Assembly: GCA_001872545.1 (NCBI GenBank)
Contig: MNWN01000036.1
Location: 1 to 56,251 of the forward strand
From: Parcubacteria group bacterium CG1_02_58_44
Lineage (GTDB): Bacteria; Patescibacteriota; Patescibacteriia; SG8-24
Length of the DNA: 56,251 bases
Direction: 5' to 3'
The notes under the pieces are model-generated. The model was given only the letters and a program-made list of their open reading frames with translations, was not told where the DNA came from and searched no databases. A program made the position numbers and the translations under genes. Positions 7,302 to 17,469 of this stretch are shown here, piece by piece (positions within the stretch are counted from its first letter, which is position 1; every line of letters begins with the position of its first letter).

Positions 7302-8390
7302 ATGAGTCAAAAGAGGTTCGAGACAATCTTCTTCCTTTCCGCCCTGATCCTGAGCACGGTCCTGACTTTGCTGGTCTTTAGGCCCTATTTGACGCTTTTG
7401 GCCTTCGGCGGCGTACTGGCTATCGTCACCCGACCCCTCTACCGGAAGCTGCATCGGCTGTTCCGTTCGGAGGTCTCGGCCGCCTTTCTGACCGTGCTTT
7501 TCGTGGCCGTGGTCATCCTCCTGCCCCTGTCCTTTTTTCTGGCGGCGCTGGCCGGGGAGATGGTCGGTGTCTTTGCCGGACTGCGCGGTCAGCTGACGGC
7601 CTTCAATATGCCGGAGTACCTGGCCGGTATCCTGCCGCAAAGCCTGCATTCGCAGATTCCACGCCTCATGGAACAGGCTTTGAGCCTAGCGAGCGGTCTG
7701 GCCCAGTCGTTGTCCTCCAACCTGATCGGACTTTTCTCGAACGCCTTCTCGATCATGTTCGGCTTCCTGATCATGCTGGTATCGGTCTATTACCTCCTCA
7801 AGGACGGCAGTCGCATCAAGAAGAAGCTGCTGGCCGTCTCGCCGCTGGCCGACGAGTATGACGAGATCATGTTCGGCCGCATCAGCGTGGCCGTGCGAGC
7901 GGTCATGGGCAGTATCCTGGTTTTGGGCGTGATCAAGGCCGTGCTGGCCGGATTTTTCTTCTGGGTATTCGGCGTGCCGGCACCGCTATTCTGGGGCGGC
8001 ATGACCGGGCTGGCCGCCTTCGTCCCGGTATTGGGCGTCTCGCTCACGACCGTCCCGGCCGCTGCTTATCTACTGCTGAGCGGACATCTGGCCGCGGGCA
8101 TCGGACTTCTGGCGGTGTCGGTGGCGATCATCGGCACGGTCGACAACTTTCTCCAGCCGAAGCTGGTGGAGAACAAGACCAAGATCCATCCGCTGCTGAT
8201 CTTGCTTTCAATTTTGGGCGGACTGAAGTTCTACGGTTTCTCCGGCTTCATCTTGGGCCCGCTGACCCTGTCCATCACACTGGCGTTGTATGACATCTAC
8301 GAGAAGCAGTTTCGCGACGTGATCATGGGTCGTCCACCATCTGACAGTGAGCTGCCAGAAAAAAGTGGTGATCAGGTTTCGGTCCAGTAG
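7302..8390 (+). CDS. AI-2E family transporter (PerM/YhhT-like, UPF0118)
   Basis: 362 aa and polytopic, with a C-terminal ..LLSILGGLKFYGFSGFILGPLTLSITL.. signature typical of the family. Confidence 0.85.
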   Translation: MSQKRFETIFFLSALILSTVLTLLVFRPYLTLLAFGGVLAIVTRPLYRKLHRLFRSEVSAAFLTVLFVAVVILLPLSFFLAALAGEMVGVFAGLRGQLTAFNMPEYLAGILPQSLHSQIPRLMEQALSLASGLAQSLSSNLIGLFSNAFSIMFGFLIMLVSVYYLLKDGSRIKKKLLAVSPLADEYDEIMFGRISVAVRAVMGSILVLGVIKAVLAGFFFWVFGVPAPLFWGGMTGLAAFVPVLGVSLTTVPAAAYLLLSGHLAAGIGLLAVSVAIIGTVDNFLQPKLVENKTKIHPLLILLSILGGLKFYGFSGFILGPLTLSITLALYDIYEKQFRDVIMGRPPSDSELPEKSGDQVSVQ

Positions 8391-8422
8391 TAACTACAAC
8401 CATTCGGTTAAAGACATCTTCG

Positions 8423-8453
8423 AAAAAAGCACGCCCGTCAGGACGTGTTTTTT
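8423..8453. terminator. Bidirectional terminator
   Basis: An A6 run, then CACGCCC-GUCA-GGACGUG (one mismatch), then a U6 run, between convergent genes. Confidence 0.55.
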
Positions 8454-8485
8454 GGTCGGTGCAGATTCAGTCTGATGATAGGCAG

Positions 8486-9214
8486 CTATTGGTTTTCGAC
8501 CCGAATGCTCAACAGCGGCCAGACGGCCGACCACAGGCTTCGCATCGCTGGCCAGACCAGACCCCAAAGCTTCCACCAGAAATCGATTATGGTCTGCAAG
8601 ATTGAGTTGATGCCGCTCGCGTCGTCGTTCTGTTCGTCTCGGTCGGTTGCGTCTTCGCTGCTCGCATTGTCGTTCTGTTCGTCTTGATCGATCATGTCTT
8701 CATCTTGATCGGAGCTGTCGGCTTCGGTAGTGCCGGCACCGCTCGACCCCGAGGAACCGGACGAGGCGGACGATGGTCCCGCCGTTTCTGATGACGATCC
8801 GGACGATGCTGCCGTGACCGGCTGGCTTGACGGCTGATCGGCCGAATCGTCGCTATGGTCGGCATTGCCGTCGTTTTGACCTTCGGACCGATCGTCGGAT
8901 TGGTCCGGCGATACGGCCCGGCTCAGCATGAGGGCCAGCGAGCGGCCGAGGTTCTTCACCGGCTTCGCAGTCGGGACCACCGAAACTGTTGCCTGAAGCG
9001 GCCTGTTGGCCTGTTGGCCCGAGTCTTCCGTGCCGTCCTGCCGGTCGGACGGGCGGTTCGATGAGCTGACTCTGGGAGTTTGGGCCGACATCCTTCCCGA
9101 GGAGAACACTTCCAGTCCCGAGACGGTGGCAACCAGCAGGATCAGCAGCAGGACGCTCAGGCCGATGGCTGTCCGGCGGCGCGAGGTGCGGGTCTCGTTT
9201 GTCGCGATGTCCAT
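8486..9214 (-). CDS. Membrane-anchored, acidic low-complexity protein with a Trp-rich C-terminal tail
   Basis: 242 aa. N-terminal TM (AIGLSVLLLILLVATV), an S/D/E/Q-rich middle with DEQND(N/D)AS repeats, and a C-terminal FWWKLWGLVWPAMRSLWSAVWPLL. Confidence 0.65.
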   Translation of the reverse strand: MDIATNETRTSRRRTAIGLSVLLLILLVATVSGLEVFSSGRMSAQTPRVSSSNRPSDRQDGTEDSGQQANRPLQATVSVVPTAKPVKNLGRSLALMLSRAVSPDQSDDRSEGQNDGNADHSDDSADQPSSQPVTAASSGSSSETAGPSSASSGSSGSSGAGTTEADSSDQDEDMIDQDEQNDNASSEDATDRDEQNDDASGINSILQTIIDFWWKLWGLVWPAMRSLWSAVWPLLSIRVENQ

Positions 9215-9337
9215 AGTTCGGCGGTCAGTTCGGTTAGTTTGTGTTCTGTCGCCCTAAGAATAGCCGAAACGTCTGCGGTTTGGGAGGACGGACATCAGCG
9301 TTCGGCTTTTATTGTTATGGTCGTTAGCGCACCGGCC

Positions 9338-9374
9338 GGCAAATAAAATCACCGGCCAGGTGAGTAGGCCGGTG
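9338..9374 (-). terminator. Rho-independent terminator (minus strand)
   Basis: CACCGGCC-9 nt-GGCCGGUG followed by AUUUUAUUU on the minus strand, downstream of 9411..9857. Confidence 0.55.
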
Positions 9375-9410
9375 TGTTGACGAGGCATGAGAGCTGGAGT
9401 CGGGAACGGA

Positions 9411-9857
9411 TTATTCGCTTTCCTTCTCTTCTGCCTCGCCCTCGAGGAGACAGTACGAGTCTTTTTCGGGGTCAAACCTTTTGACCAGCACTTCGACTCT
9501 CCAGGTCGTAGCGACCCAGCCTTTGGCAGCTTCGGCCAGCTTGAGGGCCAGACGGTCGCGGACTTCCTTGGTACGGTCAGGCCGATCAAAGAGCCCTTCG
9601 ACGATCAAGATGATAGTCCTGTCGTCTTTCAGGACCTGCTCCCCGCCGTACGTTACGGTAATGCCGGACCTTTCGACTCCGGGCACCTCGGCGGCTACTA
9701 CCGCGTCTCGCAGAAGGTCGGGCAGCGAAGCCCAGGGGTTCCAGGGTTCAAACAGATATTCAGCTTTTTCGTTCAGTTCTTTGCCCTGGTCCGGCCAATT
9801 TACGATACTAACGAGAGGCAGTCTCTCTTCCTTTCTGATGGGCCTTTTTTCCATCAA
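9411..9857 (-). CDS. Hypothetical protein
   Basis: 148-aa ORF with a terminator downstream. I cannot name a family. Confidence 0.65.
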   Translation of the reverse strand: MMEKRPIRKEERLPLVSIVNWPDQGKELNEKAEYLFEPWNPWASLPDLLRDAVVAAEVPGVERSGITVTYGGEQVLKDDRTIILIVEGLFDRPDRTKEVRDRLALKLAEAAKGWVATTWRVEVLVKRFDPEKDSYCLLEGEAEEKESE

Positions 9858-9892
9858 GAACGCATAGCATCAATCAGCAGAGGAGAAGTCAA

Positions 9893-10846
9893 TTATCCGC
9901 CGAGGCAGGCCTCCAGATCGGCGACGGTCTCGACCTTGGTCAGCAGTTCGCGCTGGGCCTTGGCGTTCGGCAGGCCCTTGTAGTACCAGACCAGGTGCTT
10001 GCGGAAGGTGACGAGCGGGCGGTCGCCGCCGTACAGTTCGGCGTGCAGCCGGGCGTGCTCGAGCACCGTGCGGTCTCTGTCCTCGTCACTGACCTCGTCG
10101 GGCCGCTTTCCGTTCAATGCGGCTTCGACCTGTCCGAAGATCCACGGATTGCCCAGGGCGCCGCGGGCGATCAGCAGTCCGTCGCAGCCGGTGACCTCGA
10201 GTGCCTTGACGGCCAGTTCGGGACTGAAGACGTCTCCGTTGGCCAGCATCGGGATTCCGACCAGGCTCTTGGCCCGGCCGATCATTTCCCAGTCGGCCGA
10301 ACCGGAGTAGCCCTGATCCTTCGTTCGACCGTGGACGGAGATAAGGTCGGCCCCGGCGTCCTCGATCGTCGGGGCGAAATCCAGGATGTCGGTCGGGCTG
10401 AACCAGCCGAGCCGCGTCTTGACCGAGACCGGCTTGTCGGTTGCCGCCTTCACCGCCCGGACTATCTCGGCGGCGTGCCGCGGCTCGCGCATCAGCGCTG
10501 CCCCATTGAATCCGCCGACGATTTTGACCGCCGGGCAGCCCATGTTGAGGTCGAAAGTGTCTGGAGAGAACCTTTCGTCCAGTCGTCGGGCGGCCTCGGC
10601 CATCACGGCCGGGTCGGCACCGAACAGCTGCTGCACGATGGGACGCTCCTCGTCGCGGAAGGAGGCCATCTGCAGCGTCCGGTCCGACTCCCGCACCAGC
10701 GCCTCGGCACTGACCATCTCACGAAAGACAATGCGGCAGCCCAGCCGTTTGGCAATACGACAGAATGCCGAGTCGGTCATGTCGGCCATGGGCGCTAGGG
10801 CGACAATGGGTCTTTTTTCCGTTTTCCAGCTGAATACGTCTGACAT
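9893..10846 (-). CDS. dus: tRNA-dihydrouridine synthase
   Basis: 317 aa. LAPMADMTDSAFCRI, FDLNMGCP, and VKTRLGW..HGRT motifs. Confidence 0.93.
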   Translation of the reverse strand: MSDVFSWKTEKRPIVALAPMADMTDSAFCRIAKRLGCRIVFREMVSAEALVRESDRTLQMASFRDEERPIVQQLFGADPAVMAEAARRLDERFSPDTFDLNMGCPAVKIVGGFNGAALMREPRHAAEIVRAVKAATDKPVSVKTRLGWFSPTDILDFAPTIEDAGADLISVHGRTKDQGYSGSADWEMIGRAKSLVGIPMLANGDVFSPELAVKALEVTGCDGLLIARGALGNPWIFGQVEAALNGKRPDEVSDEDRDRTVLEHARLHAELYGGDRPLVTFRKHLVWYYKGLPNAKAQRELLTKVETVADLEACLGG

Positions 10847-11008
10847 CTGTTTTTGACGGACTGCAACGAAAGCCCTTGATTTTAATCGTAAATAAGCCTA
10901 ATCTTACCTAACGGTGGTCTTTTTTCAAGCCCTAACGCCGTTTCCGACCCGAAATCGTTCAAAAGCGGTTTTGGGCGCAATTAAGCGACTCTCGGCACAA
11001 ATATCGAT

Positions 11009-12745
11009 ATGAATTTTAGGAAACATCGCACCAAGCTGATCATCAGCCTGGTGATCGCCGCCGCACTGGTGGTGCTGATCATGATCAAGCTCGGCAGCAA
11101 GCCGCAGGTCGAGTTCGAGACCTATACGGTCGATCACGGTGACGTAGTCGAGGTAATTTCGGCTACCGGTTCCATCGCTCCCAGCTCCAAGATCAAGCTC
11201 CAGCCGGAGGTGGCCGGCCGGGTGACCGGCATCTCCGTGGAAGAGGGTCAGGAGGTCAAGGCCGGTCAACTGCTGGTCAGGCTGGATACGGCCGACATCG
11301 AGGCCCAGATCCTGGCTCAGCGCGCTGCCGTGGCTTCGGCCCAGGCCCGCCTGTCCGAGTATGAGGCCGGACCTACCAGCACCGACCTGGTGATGACCGA
11401 ACGTTCGGTCGAGACCGCCGAGTCGCGACTCGGTGCCTCGAGGGACGCCCGCGACGACGCCGAGGTTTCGCTGGCCAACGCGCAGAGGAGCCTGACCAAC
11501 TCACGGGCCAAGGCTCAGACTCAGGTCGAGGTAAAGATCAATACGTTCTTGACCGACATAGACGATTCCTCCATCGCCGCCGCCGATGCGGTCAATCGTC
11601 TTACCGCACCGCTGTTCGACTCTACCGGATTTCTTGAGTTCACGGTCAACAGCGCCCAGGCCGAAGGCAACGCCATCAGTACCCGGCGTTTGGCGACTGC
11701 CGGCCTGCCGACCGTCGAGTCCGCCCGTCTGACGGCCGCGGCCACTCCGACGGGCGACGCGGTAAAGGCCCAGTACGCGATCATGGCGCCGCACCTGACC
11801 GACGTCAAGGTGTATCTGGAGGCCGTAATTTCCGCGCTGAACTCGGCGATCGGGGTCGATGCGACTACGCTCGCCACCTACCGCGCCAACACCAACACCG
11901 CACTGTCCGCGCTGTCGTCGGCCATTCAGTCGCTCTCGACCGACAATTCGAATTTGGATCTGCAGATTCGCCTGAACGACGCCGACGTGATCAGCGCCGA
12001 GATAGCGGTGTCCAACGCCGAGTCCGCGCTCAAGACCGCCGAGAGCACCGTCGCCACCAACGAGAGCCTGCTGGCCGAGGCCGAGGCTTCTCTGGAGTTC
12101 AAGCGGGCCGGCGTCAGGCCCGAGGTCGTCGTTGCCCAGCGTGCCTTGGTCTCGGCCGAGAACGCCAGGCTGATCGGACTGCAGAACGACCTGAACAAGC
12201 GCCTGATCGTCGCACCTATCGACAGCACCGTGACTCTGGTCGCGGTCGAGATGGGGGAGAGCGTGCAGCCGAACCAGACGGTCGTGCTGCTGAACGCCAA
12301 GGGCAACCTGGAAGTGGTGGCCAACATTTCGGAGATCGACATCGCCAAGCTGTCGATCGGCGACCACGTGTCTGTGAGCCTGGACGCCTTCGTCGACAGC
12401 GACGGCTGGACCGGTACGGTCGTGGCCATCCAGCCGGCCGAGACGGTGATCGACAACGTCATCTTCTACGAGACGACAGTGCGCTTCGACAACGAGGACG
12501 AGCGTCTCCGTTCCGGCATGACCGCCGACCTGGACATCGAGACCGCCCGGCGCAGCGAGGTGCTGCGGGTTCCGGTCAGGGCACTGAAGCAGAACGACAG
12601 CGGTCCGTACGTCGAGATCCTGGGCATTGGGGACGTCGTGCGCGAGGTCGCCGTGACGACCGGACTGGAGACTGAGGACTTCATCGAGATCACGTCCGGC
12701 ATTCAGGAGGGCGACAATGTTGTCGTCTATCGACTGGAGAAATGA
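11009..12745 (+). CDS. HlyD/MacA-type periplasmic adaptor with a very long coiled-coil hairpin
   Basis: 578 aa. N-terminal TM, a biotinyl-lipoyl-like start (GSIAPSSKIKLQPEVAGRVTGISVEEGQEVKAGQLL), about 300 aa of A/E/L/S-rich heptads, and a beta-barrel end. Confidence 0.88.
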   Translation: MNFRKHRTKLIISLVIAAALVVLIMIKLGSKPQVEFETYTVDHGDVVEVISATGSIAPSSKIKLQPEVAGRVTGISVEEGQEVKAGQLLVRLDTADIEAQILAQRAAVASAQARLSEYEAGPTSTDLVMTERSVETAESRLGASRDARDDAEVSLANAQRSLTNSRAKAQTQVEVKINTFLTDIDDSSIAAADAVNRLTAPLFDSTGFLEFTVNSAQAEGNAISTRRLATAGLPTVESARLTAAATPTGDAVKAQYAIMAPHLTDVKVYLEAVISALNSAIGVDATTLATYRANTNTALSALSSAIQSLSTDNSNLDLQIRLNDADVISAEIAVSNAESALKTAESTVATNESLLAEAEASLEFKRAGVRPEVVVAQRALVSAENARLIGLQNDLNKRLIVAPIDSTVTLVAVEMGESVQPNQTVVLLNAKGNLEVVANISEIDIAKLSIGDHVSVSLDAFVDSDGWTGTVVAIQPAETVIDNVIFYETTVRFDNEDERLRSGMTADLDIETARRSEVLRVPVRALKQNDSGPYVEILGIGDVVREVAVTTGLETEDFIEITSGIQEGDNVVVYRLEK

Positions 12746-13431
12746 CCGCCCAGAGCATGGAAGACCTGATTCGTCTCGAGGGAGTGACCAAGGAATATCT
12801 GCAGGGCGATATCGTCATTCAGGCCCTGCGCGGAATCGATCTCAGCATCAAAAAGGGGGAGTTCGTGTCGGTCATGGGGCCGTCTGGTTGCGGCAAGTCG
12901 ACGCTGATGCACATTCTTGGCTTTCTGGCCCGGCCGACCGGCGGCAAGTACCTTTTCGAAGGTCGCAATTCGACCGAGTTCACCGACGACGAGCTGGCCT
13001 TGACGCGCAATCAGGGCATCGGATTCATCTTTCAGTCCTTCAACCTCCTGCCCAGGACTTCGGTGCTGGACAACGTGCTGCTGCCGACCAACTACAGCGT
13101 CAACGCGGACCGTGAGGCGGTACGGAAGACTGCATTGCAGCTTCTGGAGACGGTCGGGCTGAGCCATCGCCTGAACAACAATCCCAACCAGCTGTCCGGC
13201 GGAGAGCAGCAGCGGGTGGCGATCGCTCGGTCGCTCATCAACTCCCCGTCCCTGATTCTGGCCGACGAGCCGACCGGCAACCTGGATTCGAAGGCCACCG
13301 GCGAGATTATGGACATTCTGACCGGCTTGCATCGGCAGGGGAACACCATCCTGATGGTCACCCATGAGGATTACCTGTCGGAGTTTACGGATCGGACCAT
13401 TCGAGTGAAGGACGGACAAATAGTCGGCTGA
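12742..13431 (+). CDS. ABC transporter ATP-binding protein (MacB/LolD type)
   Basis: GPSGCGKST Walker [14 protein letters not shown], and [15 protein letters not shown] start/stop overlap with the adaptor gene. Confidence 0.95.
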   Translation: MTAQSMEDLIRLEGVTKEYLQGDIVIQALRGIDLSIKKGEFVSVMGPSGCGKSTLMHILGFLARPTGGKYLFEGRNSTEFTDDELALTRNQGIGFIFQSFNLLPRTSVLDNVLLPTNYSVNADREAVRKTALQLLETVGLSHRLNNNPNQLSGGEQQRVAIARSLINSPSLILADEPTGNLDSKATGEIMDILTGLHRQGNTILMVTHEDYLSEFTDRTIRVKDGQIVG

Positions 13432-13435
13432 AGCT

Positions 13436-14671
13436 ATGGTTTCTTGGTGGCAGGACATCGTTTACGCCTTTAGGTCTCTGTGGGCGGTAAAGAGCAGGGC
13501 AGTGCTGTCCATGCTGGGCATCATCATTGGGGTGATGTCCGTTTTGGCTGTCGCCTCGATCGGATTGAGCGCCCAGGACCTGATCCTGAGCCAGGTCACG
13601 TCGTTCGGCGGTGATCTGATCGGGGTTACGCCCGGCGGCAGTCAGGAAGACAGTCCGCCGCCCATTGCCCTCGGCATCGTGCTGACTACGCTAAAGCTCG
13701 GCGACGCCGAGGCCCTGCAGGACGTCAGGGGAGTCGAGTATGTGGTGCCCTACGTCAATTCGACCGAGACCGTTTCGTTGGGCCGGGAGACGGCCGTGAC
13801 TTCGGTCGTCGGAGTCAACGAGCAAGTCCAGGGACTGGAGGGACTGGAGATGGCCGAGGGGCGTTTCCTGACCGCCGAGGACGTGGCGCGTTTCGCCCGG
13901 GTCGCCGTGGTGGGCACGACGGTGGCCGAGAGCCTGTCGCCGGACCGGAGCCTGCTCGGACAGACGGTCAGCGTCAAGGGCGTCAGGTTCACGGTGGTCG
14001 GCCTCACTTCGGAGCAGGGGACGGCCTTTTTCCAGAATCTCGACGATCGCGTGCTGGTGCCGGTGACCACGGCCCAGCGTCTGGTGGCCGGCATCGACTA
14101 TGTGTCGGCGATCCGTATGCGGGTCATCGAGGGCACGAACGTCGATCGGCTGAAGGAGGATGCGGCCCAGGTGATGAGGCGCCGTCACCATATCAGCGAC
14201 CCGTCCAAGGACGACTTTACGATCGGCAGCACCGAACAGGCTGCGGAGATGTTGGGCAACGTGACCGGTGCGATGCAGGGCTTCCTGCTGATCGTGACGG
14301 CCATCTCGCTGCTGGTCGGCGGCATCAACATCATGAACATCATGTTCGTGTCGGTCCGCGAGCGACGGCGCGAGATCGGTCTCAGGAAGGCGCTCGGCGC
14401 CAACAGCGGACGTATCCTAAGGCAGTTCCTGGCCGAGAGCGGGGCCATGTCCCTGGCCGGAGGGACGATCGGTGCGGCGGTCGGCATCGCCTTCTCGGCT
14501 CTGGTCGCCGTGGCGGTGCGCCATTACGGCTACTCCTGGACCTTCTTCATGCCGGTCTCCTACGTGGTCGGTGCGCTTGTAGTGGCGGCCTTGATCGGCA
14601 TGGTCTCCGGCGTCTCTCCGGCCGTGACCGCTTCGCGTCTCGACCCGATCGTCGCCCTGAGGGAGGAATAG
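13436..14671 (+). CDS. ABC transporter permease (MacB_PCD + FtsX domain)
   Basis: 411 aa. One N-terminal TM, a large extracytoplasmic domain, and C-terminal FtsX helices with RRREIGLRKALGA. Confidence 0.92.
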   Translation: MVSWWQDIVYAFRSLWAVKSRAVLSMLGIIIGVMSVLAVASIGLSAQDLILSQVTSFGGDLIGVTPGGSQEDSPPPIALGIVLTTLKLGDAEALQDVRGVEYVVPYVNSTETVSLGRETAVTSVVGVNEQVQGLEGLEMAEGRFLTAEDVARFARVAVVGTTVAESLSPDRSLLGQTVSVKGVRFTVVGLTSEQGTAFFQNLDDRVLVPVTTAQRLVAGIDYVSAIRMRVIEGTNVDRLKEDAAQVMRRRHHISDPSKDDFTIGSTEQAAEMLGNVTGAMQGFLLIVTAISLLVGGINIMNIMFVSVRERRREIGLRKALGANSGRILRQFLAESGAMSLAGGTIGAAVGIAFSALVAVAVRHYGYSWTFFMPVSYVVGALVVAALIGMVSGVSPAVTASRLDPIVALREE

Positions 14672-14683
14672 CTTCTGTATTTT

Positions 14684-15934
14684 ATGCGGCAGTTTTTCGC
14701 CAACACCATCGGACTGGCCCTGGGCAACCTGCGCCGCAACCGGCTGCGTACGGTCCTGTCCCTTTTGGGCGTGACCATCGGCGTCTTTTCGGTGACCCTG
14801 ATCGTGTCGCTGGGTTTCGGCCTGAAAAGCTACATCATGGCCCAGGTCGACCAGTTCGGCAAGAATTTCGTGACCGTCAACGCCGCCGCACCCGGACTGT
14901 CGACGCAGGGTTCGATCACGTCCCAGCTGTCCGCGTCGAGGGTAGTGTCGATAGACTACGACGATGCCGAAGCGCTGAACGGCCTGCCGCACGTGCTTGA
15001 CGTGGTGGCCTTCAGCAGCAGTCAGGCTTTTGTGGCGTTCCGCGAGAACGAGTATCGGTCGCTGGTCTTCGGTACGACCGCCAACTACATGTCCTTTGAC
15101 CTCCAGGCCAGGCTCGGCAGCGGACGCTTCTTCTCCGGACGCGAGGAGAAGTCCATGTCGCCGGTGATCGTCATAGGCAGCAAGGTGGCCGACCAGCTGT
15201 TCGGCGAGAGCGATCCACTCGGCCAGAAGGTCCGTCTCAAGGGGATGAGCCTGCAGGTAGTCGGGGTGATGCAACCGCGCGGGGTCTTCGGTCCGATGGA
15301 CTTCGATACCGTCGTCCTGCTGCCGCTCAAGCTGATGCAGAAGCGGCTGACCGGGGACGACTATGTGCAGGAGATCGACCTGATCGTCTCGGACCAGGAG
15401 TACATCGAGTCGGTGTCCGAGGACGTGGCGGCCGTACTGCGTCGGCGTCACGACATCACCGACCCGGACAAGGACGACTTCATGATCCATACCTACACCG
15501 AGGTGATGAAGACGATCGGCACGGTCACGAACGCCATCACCATTCTGCTCGGACTGCTGGCGGCGATCTCGCTGCTGGTGGGCGGCATCGGCATCATGAA
15601 CATCATGCTGGTCTCGGTCACCGAGCGCATCCGCGAGGTAGGGCTCAGGAAGGCCCTCGGCGCCAGAAATTCGGTAATCTGGCAGCAGTTCCTGGCCGAG
15701 TCGGTCATCCTGACCACGCTCGGCGGGGCGTTGGGAGGACTGGCCGGGACCGTCCTGACCGTTGCCATCATCGCCTACGCCAGGTATACCGGCTTCGACC
15801 TGCAGTATGCGGTTTCGCTGCCGTCGTTCCTGGTGGCACTGCTGGTGGCCATGCTCATCGGTACGGTCTTCGGCGCCTATCCGGCCAAGAAGGCGGCTGA
15901 GCTGGATCCCATTTCGGCCCTAAGATATGAATGA
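14684..15934 (+). CDS. Second ABC transporter permease (MacB_PCD + FtsX), paralog of 13436..14671
   Basis: 416 aa with the same architecture and RIREVGLRKALGA. Confidence 0.92.
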   Translation: MRQFFANTIGLALGNLRRNRLRTVLSLLGVTIGVFSVTLIVSLGFGLKSYIMAQVDQFGKNFVTVNAAAPGLSTQGSITSQLSASRVVSIDYDDAEALNGLPHVLDVVAFSSSQAFVAFRENEYRSLVFGTTANYMSFDLQARLGSGRFFSGREEKSMSPVIVIGSKVADQLFGESDPLGQKVRLKGMSLQVVGVMQPRGVFGPMDFDTVVLLPLKLMQKRLTGDDYVQEIDLIVSDQEYIESVSEDVAAVLRRRHDITDPDKDDFMIHTYTEVMKTIGTVTNAITILLGLLAAISLLVGGIGIMNIMLVSVTERIREVGLRKALGARNSVIWQQFLAESVILTTLGGALGGLAGTVLTVAIIAYARYTGFDLQYAVSLPSFLVALLVAMLIGTVFGAYPAKKAAELDPISALRYE

Positions 15935-17384
15935 CATCGATCAGAAGGAAAATGCGGAAGGACATGGACCGCGGGTTAACGGCGGCATGTTCCTGAAGTA
16001 CTTCACCTGTCCGCATTGGCTGTGGTTCGACCGCTTCGGCGACCGGTCCAGGCGGACCGAGACGTCGCACTTTCACGGTCTGCTTCTGGAGCGCGGACTG
16101 CTGCATGAGGAACGCAGTCTCGAAGGGCTGGAGTACGAGCCGGTCGGCGGCGGCACCGAGGACGAGCGTTTCGCCCGGACCCTGGAGCTTATGGCGGCCG
16201 GAGTCGAGCGCATCTACCGCGGCCTGCTGAAGGACGGCGACATGGTCGGCGAGCCCGACCTGCTGGAGCGGCGCGACGGCGGACGGTCGTCCAAGTTCGG
16301 TCCGTATCACTACGAGCCTACGGACATCAAGAGCGCGGAACGGCTGACCGACGCGATGCGCCTGCAGTTGGCCTTTTACGGCGACCTGCTGGGCCGCGTG
16401 CAGGGTGTGCGTCCGGCGACCGGCTATATCCTGAACGGCAGTGGCATCAGGATCGGACTGGAGCTCGATGAGGTCAGTGAGCTTTACGACCGCGTGCTCG
16501 GGGAGCTGTGCGAGCTCCTCGACGGATGCCAGCCGGAGCCGCGCCTGTCGTCCGGTTGCCGCGTCTCGCCCTGGTTCTCGGAGTGCGTCGCGTTGGCCGA
16601 GCGGACGAACGACATCACGCTTCTCTATAACATCAAGACCAAGACGCTGAAGCAGCTGCGCGAGCTGGGCATTAGGACGGTCGCGGACGCCGCGGACATG
16701 GATCCGGAGAGGATCCACGGTCTCAACAGGGAGATCAAGCTCGACCTGCTCCGACGGGCCAAGCTGCAGGCCGCCGCGCTCATCGACCATGAGCACACCT
16801 TCCGCCGGATGGTCAGCTTGCCGACCGCCGGGACGGAGATATTCTTCGACATCGAGAGCGATCCGCTGCGGTCGGTGGACTATCTGTTCGGTTTTCTGGT
16901 CCGTGACGCGCAGGGCGATCGCTACGAACGTCAGCTGGCCGAGTCGCCGGACGGGGAGGAGGCCATGTGGCGGGAGTTCCTGACCTGGCTCGAGGGACTG
17001 CCTGCGGACTATGCGGTCTACCATTTCGGAACCTTTGAGAGGGTCCGACTGGCCGCGTTGGAGGGCAAGTACGGCGGATCGGTCCCGCTGAACACCTTCT
17101 TCGACCGGATGGTCGACCTGAACGAGGTGGTCAAGGACAGCGTGGTCCTGCCGCTGTACTTCTACGGCATCAAGAACATCGGCCAGTACATCGGCTTCGA
17201 CCGCAGCGGTTCGATAGCCGGCGGCGGCGAGTCGGTTGCGGTCTACGAACGCTGGCTGGAGACCGGCGACCGCGGCGCACTCGACAGCATCATCGACTAC
17301 AATCGGGACGACGTCGTCGCCACGCGCGAGCTCAAGGACTGGCTGGTGCGCGAGAACGAAAAGTTTTTCGGGACGGCGGACTGA
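15927..17384 (+). CDS. TM0106-family RecB-like nuclease (Cas4-like PD-(D/E)XK N-terminus + RNase H-like C-terminus)
   Basis: 485 aa. FTCPHWLWFDRFGD cysteine motif, EPDLLER..YEPTDIKS, ..CRVSPWFSEC.., and C-terminal IFFDIESDP..DYLFG. ATGAATGA overlap with the permease stop. Confidence 0.8.
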   Translation: MNDIDQKENAEGHGPRVNGGMFLKYFTCPHWLWFDRFGDRSRRTETSHFHGLLLERGLLHEERSLEGLEYEPVGGGTEDERFARTLELMAAGVERIYRGLLKDGDMVGEPDLLERRDGGRSSKFGPYHYEPTDIKSAERLTDAMRLQLAFYGDLLGRVQGVRPATGYILNGSGIRIGLELDEVSELYDRVLGELCELLDGCQPEPRLSSGCRVSPWFSECVALAERTNDITLLYNIKTKTLKQLRELGIRTVADAADMDPERIHGLNREIKLDLLRRAKLQAAALIDHEHTFRRMVSLPTAGTEIFFDIESDPLRSVDYLFGFLVRDAQGDRYERQLAESPDGEEAMWREFLTWLEGLPADYAVYHFGTFERVRLAALEGKYGGSVPLNTFFDRMVDLNEVVKDSVVLPLYFYGIKNIGQYIGFDRSGSIAGGGESVAVYERWLETGDRGALDSIIDYNRDDVVATRELKDWLVRENEKFFGTAD

Positions 17385-17415
17385 TGTGGCCAATTCCTTC
17401 CGGATCGGTATCGTC

Positions 17416-17450
17416 AAAACAAAGACCAGCCTGATGGGCCGGTCTTTTTG
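17416..17450. terminator. Bidirectional terminator
   Basis: AGACCAGCC-loop-GGGCCGGUCU flanked by A-rich and U5 tracts, between convergent genes. Confidence 0.5.
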
Positions 17451-17469
17451 TTCGGACTGTTTTTCGGTC

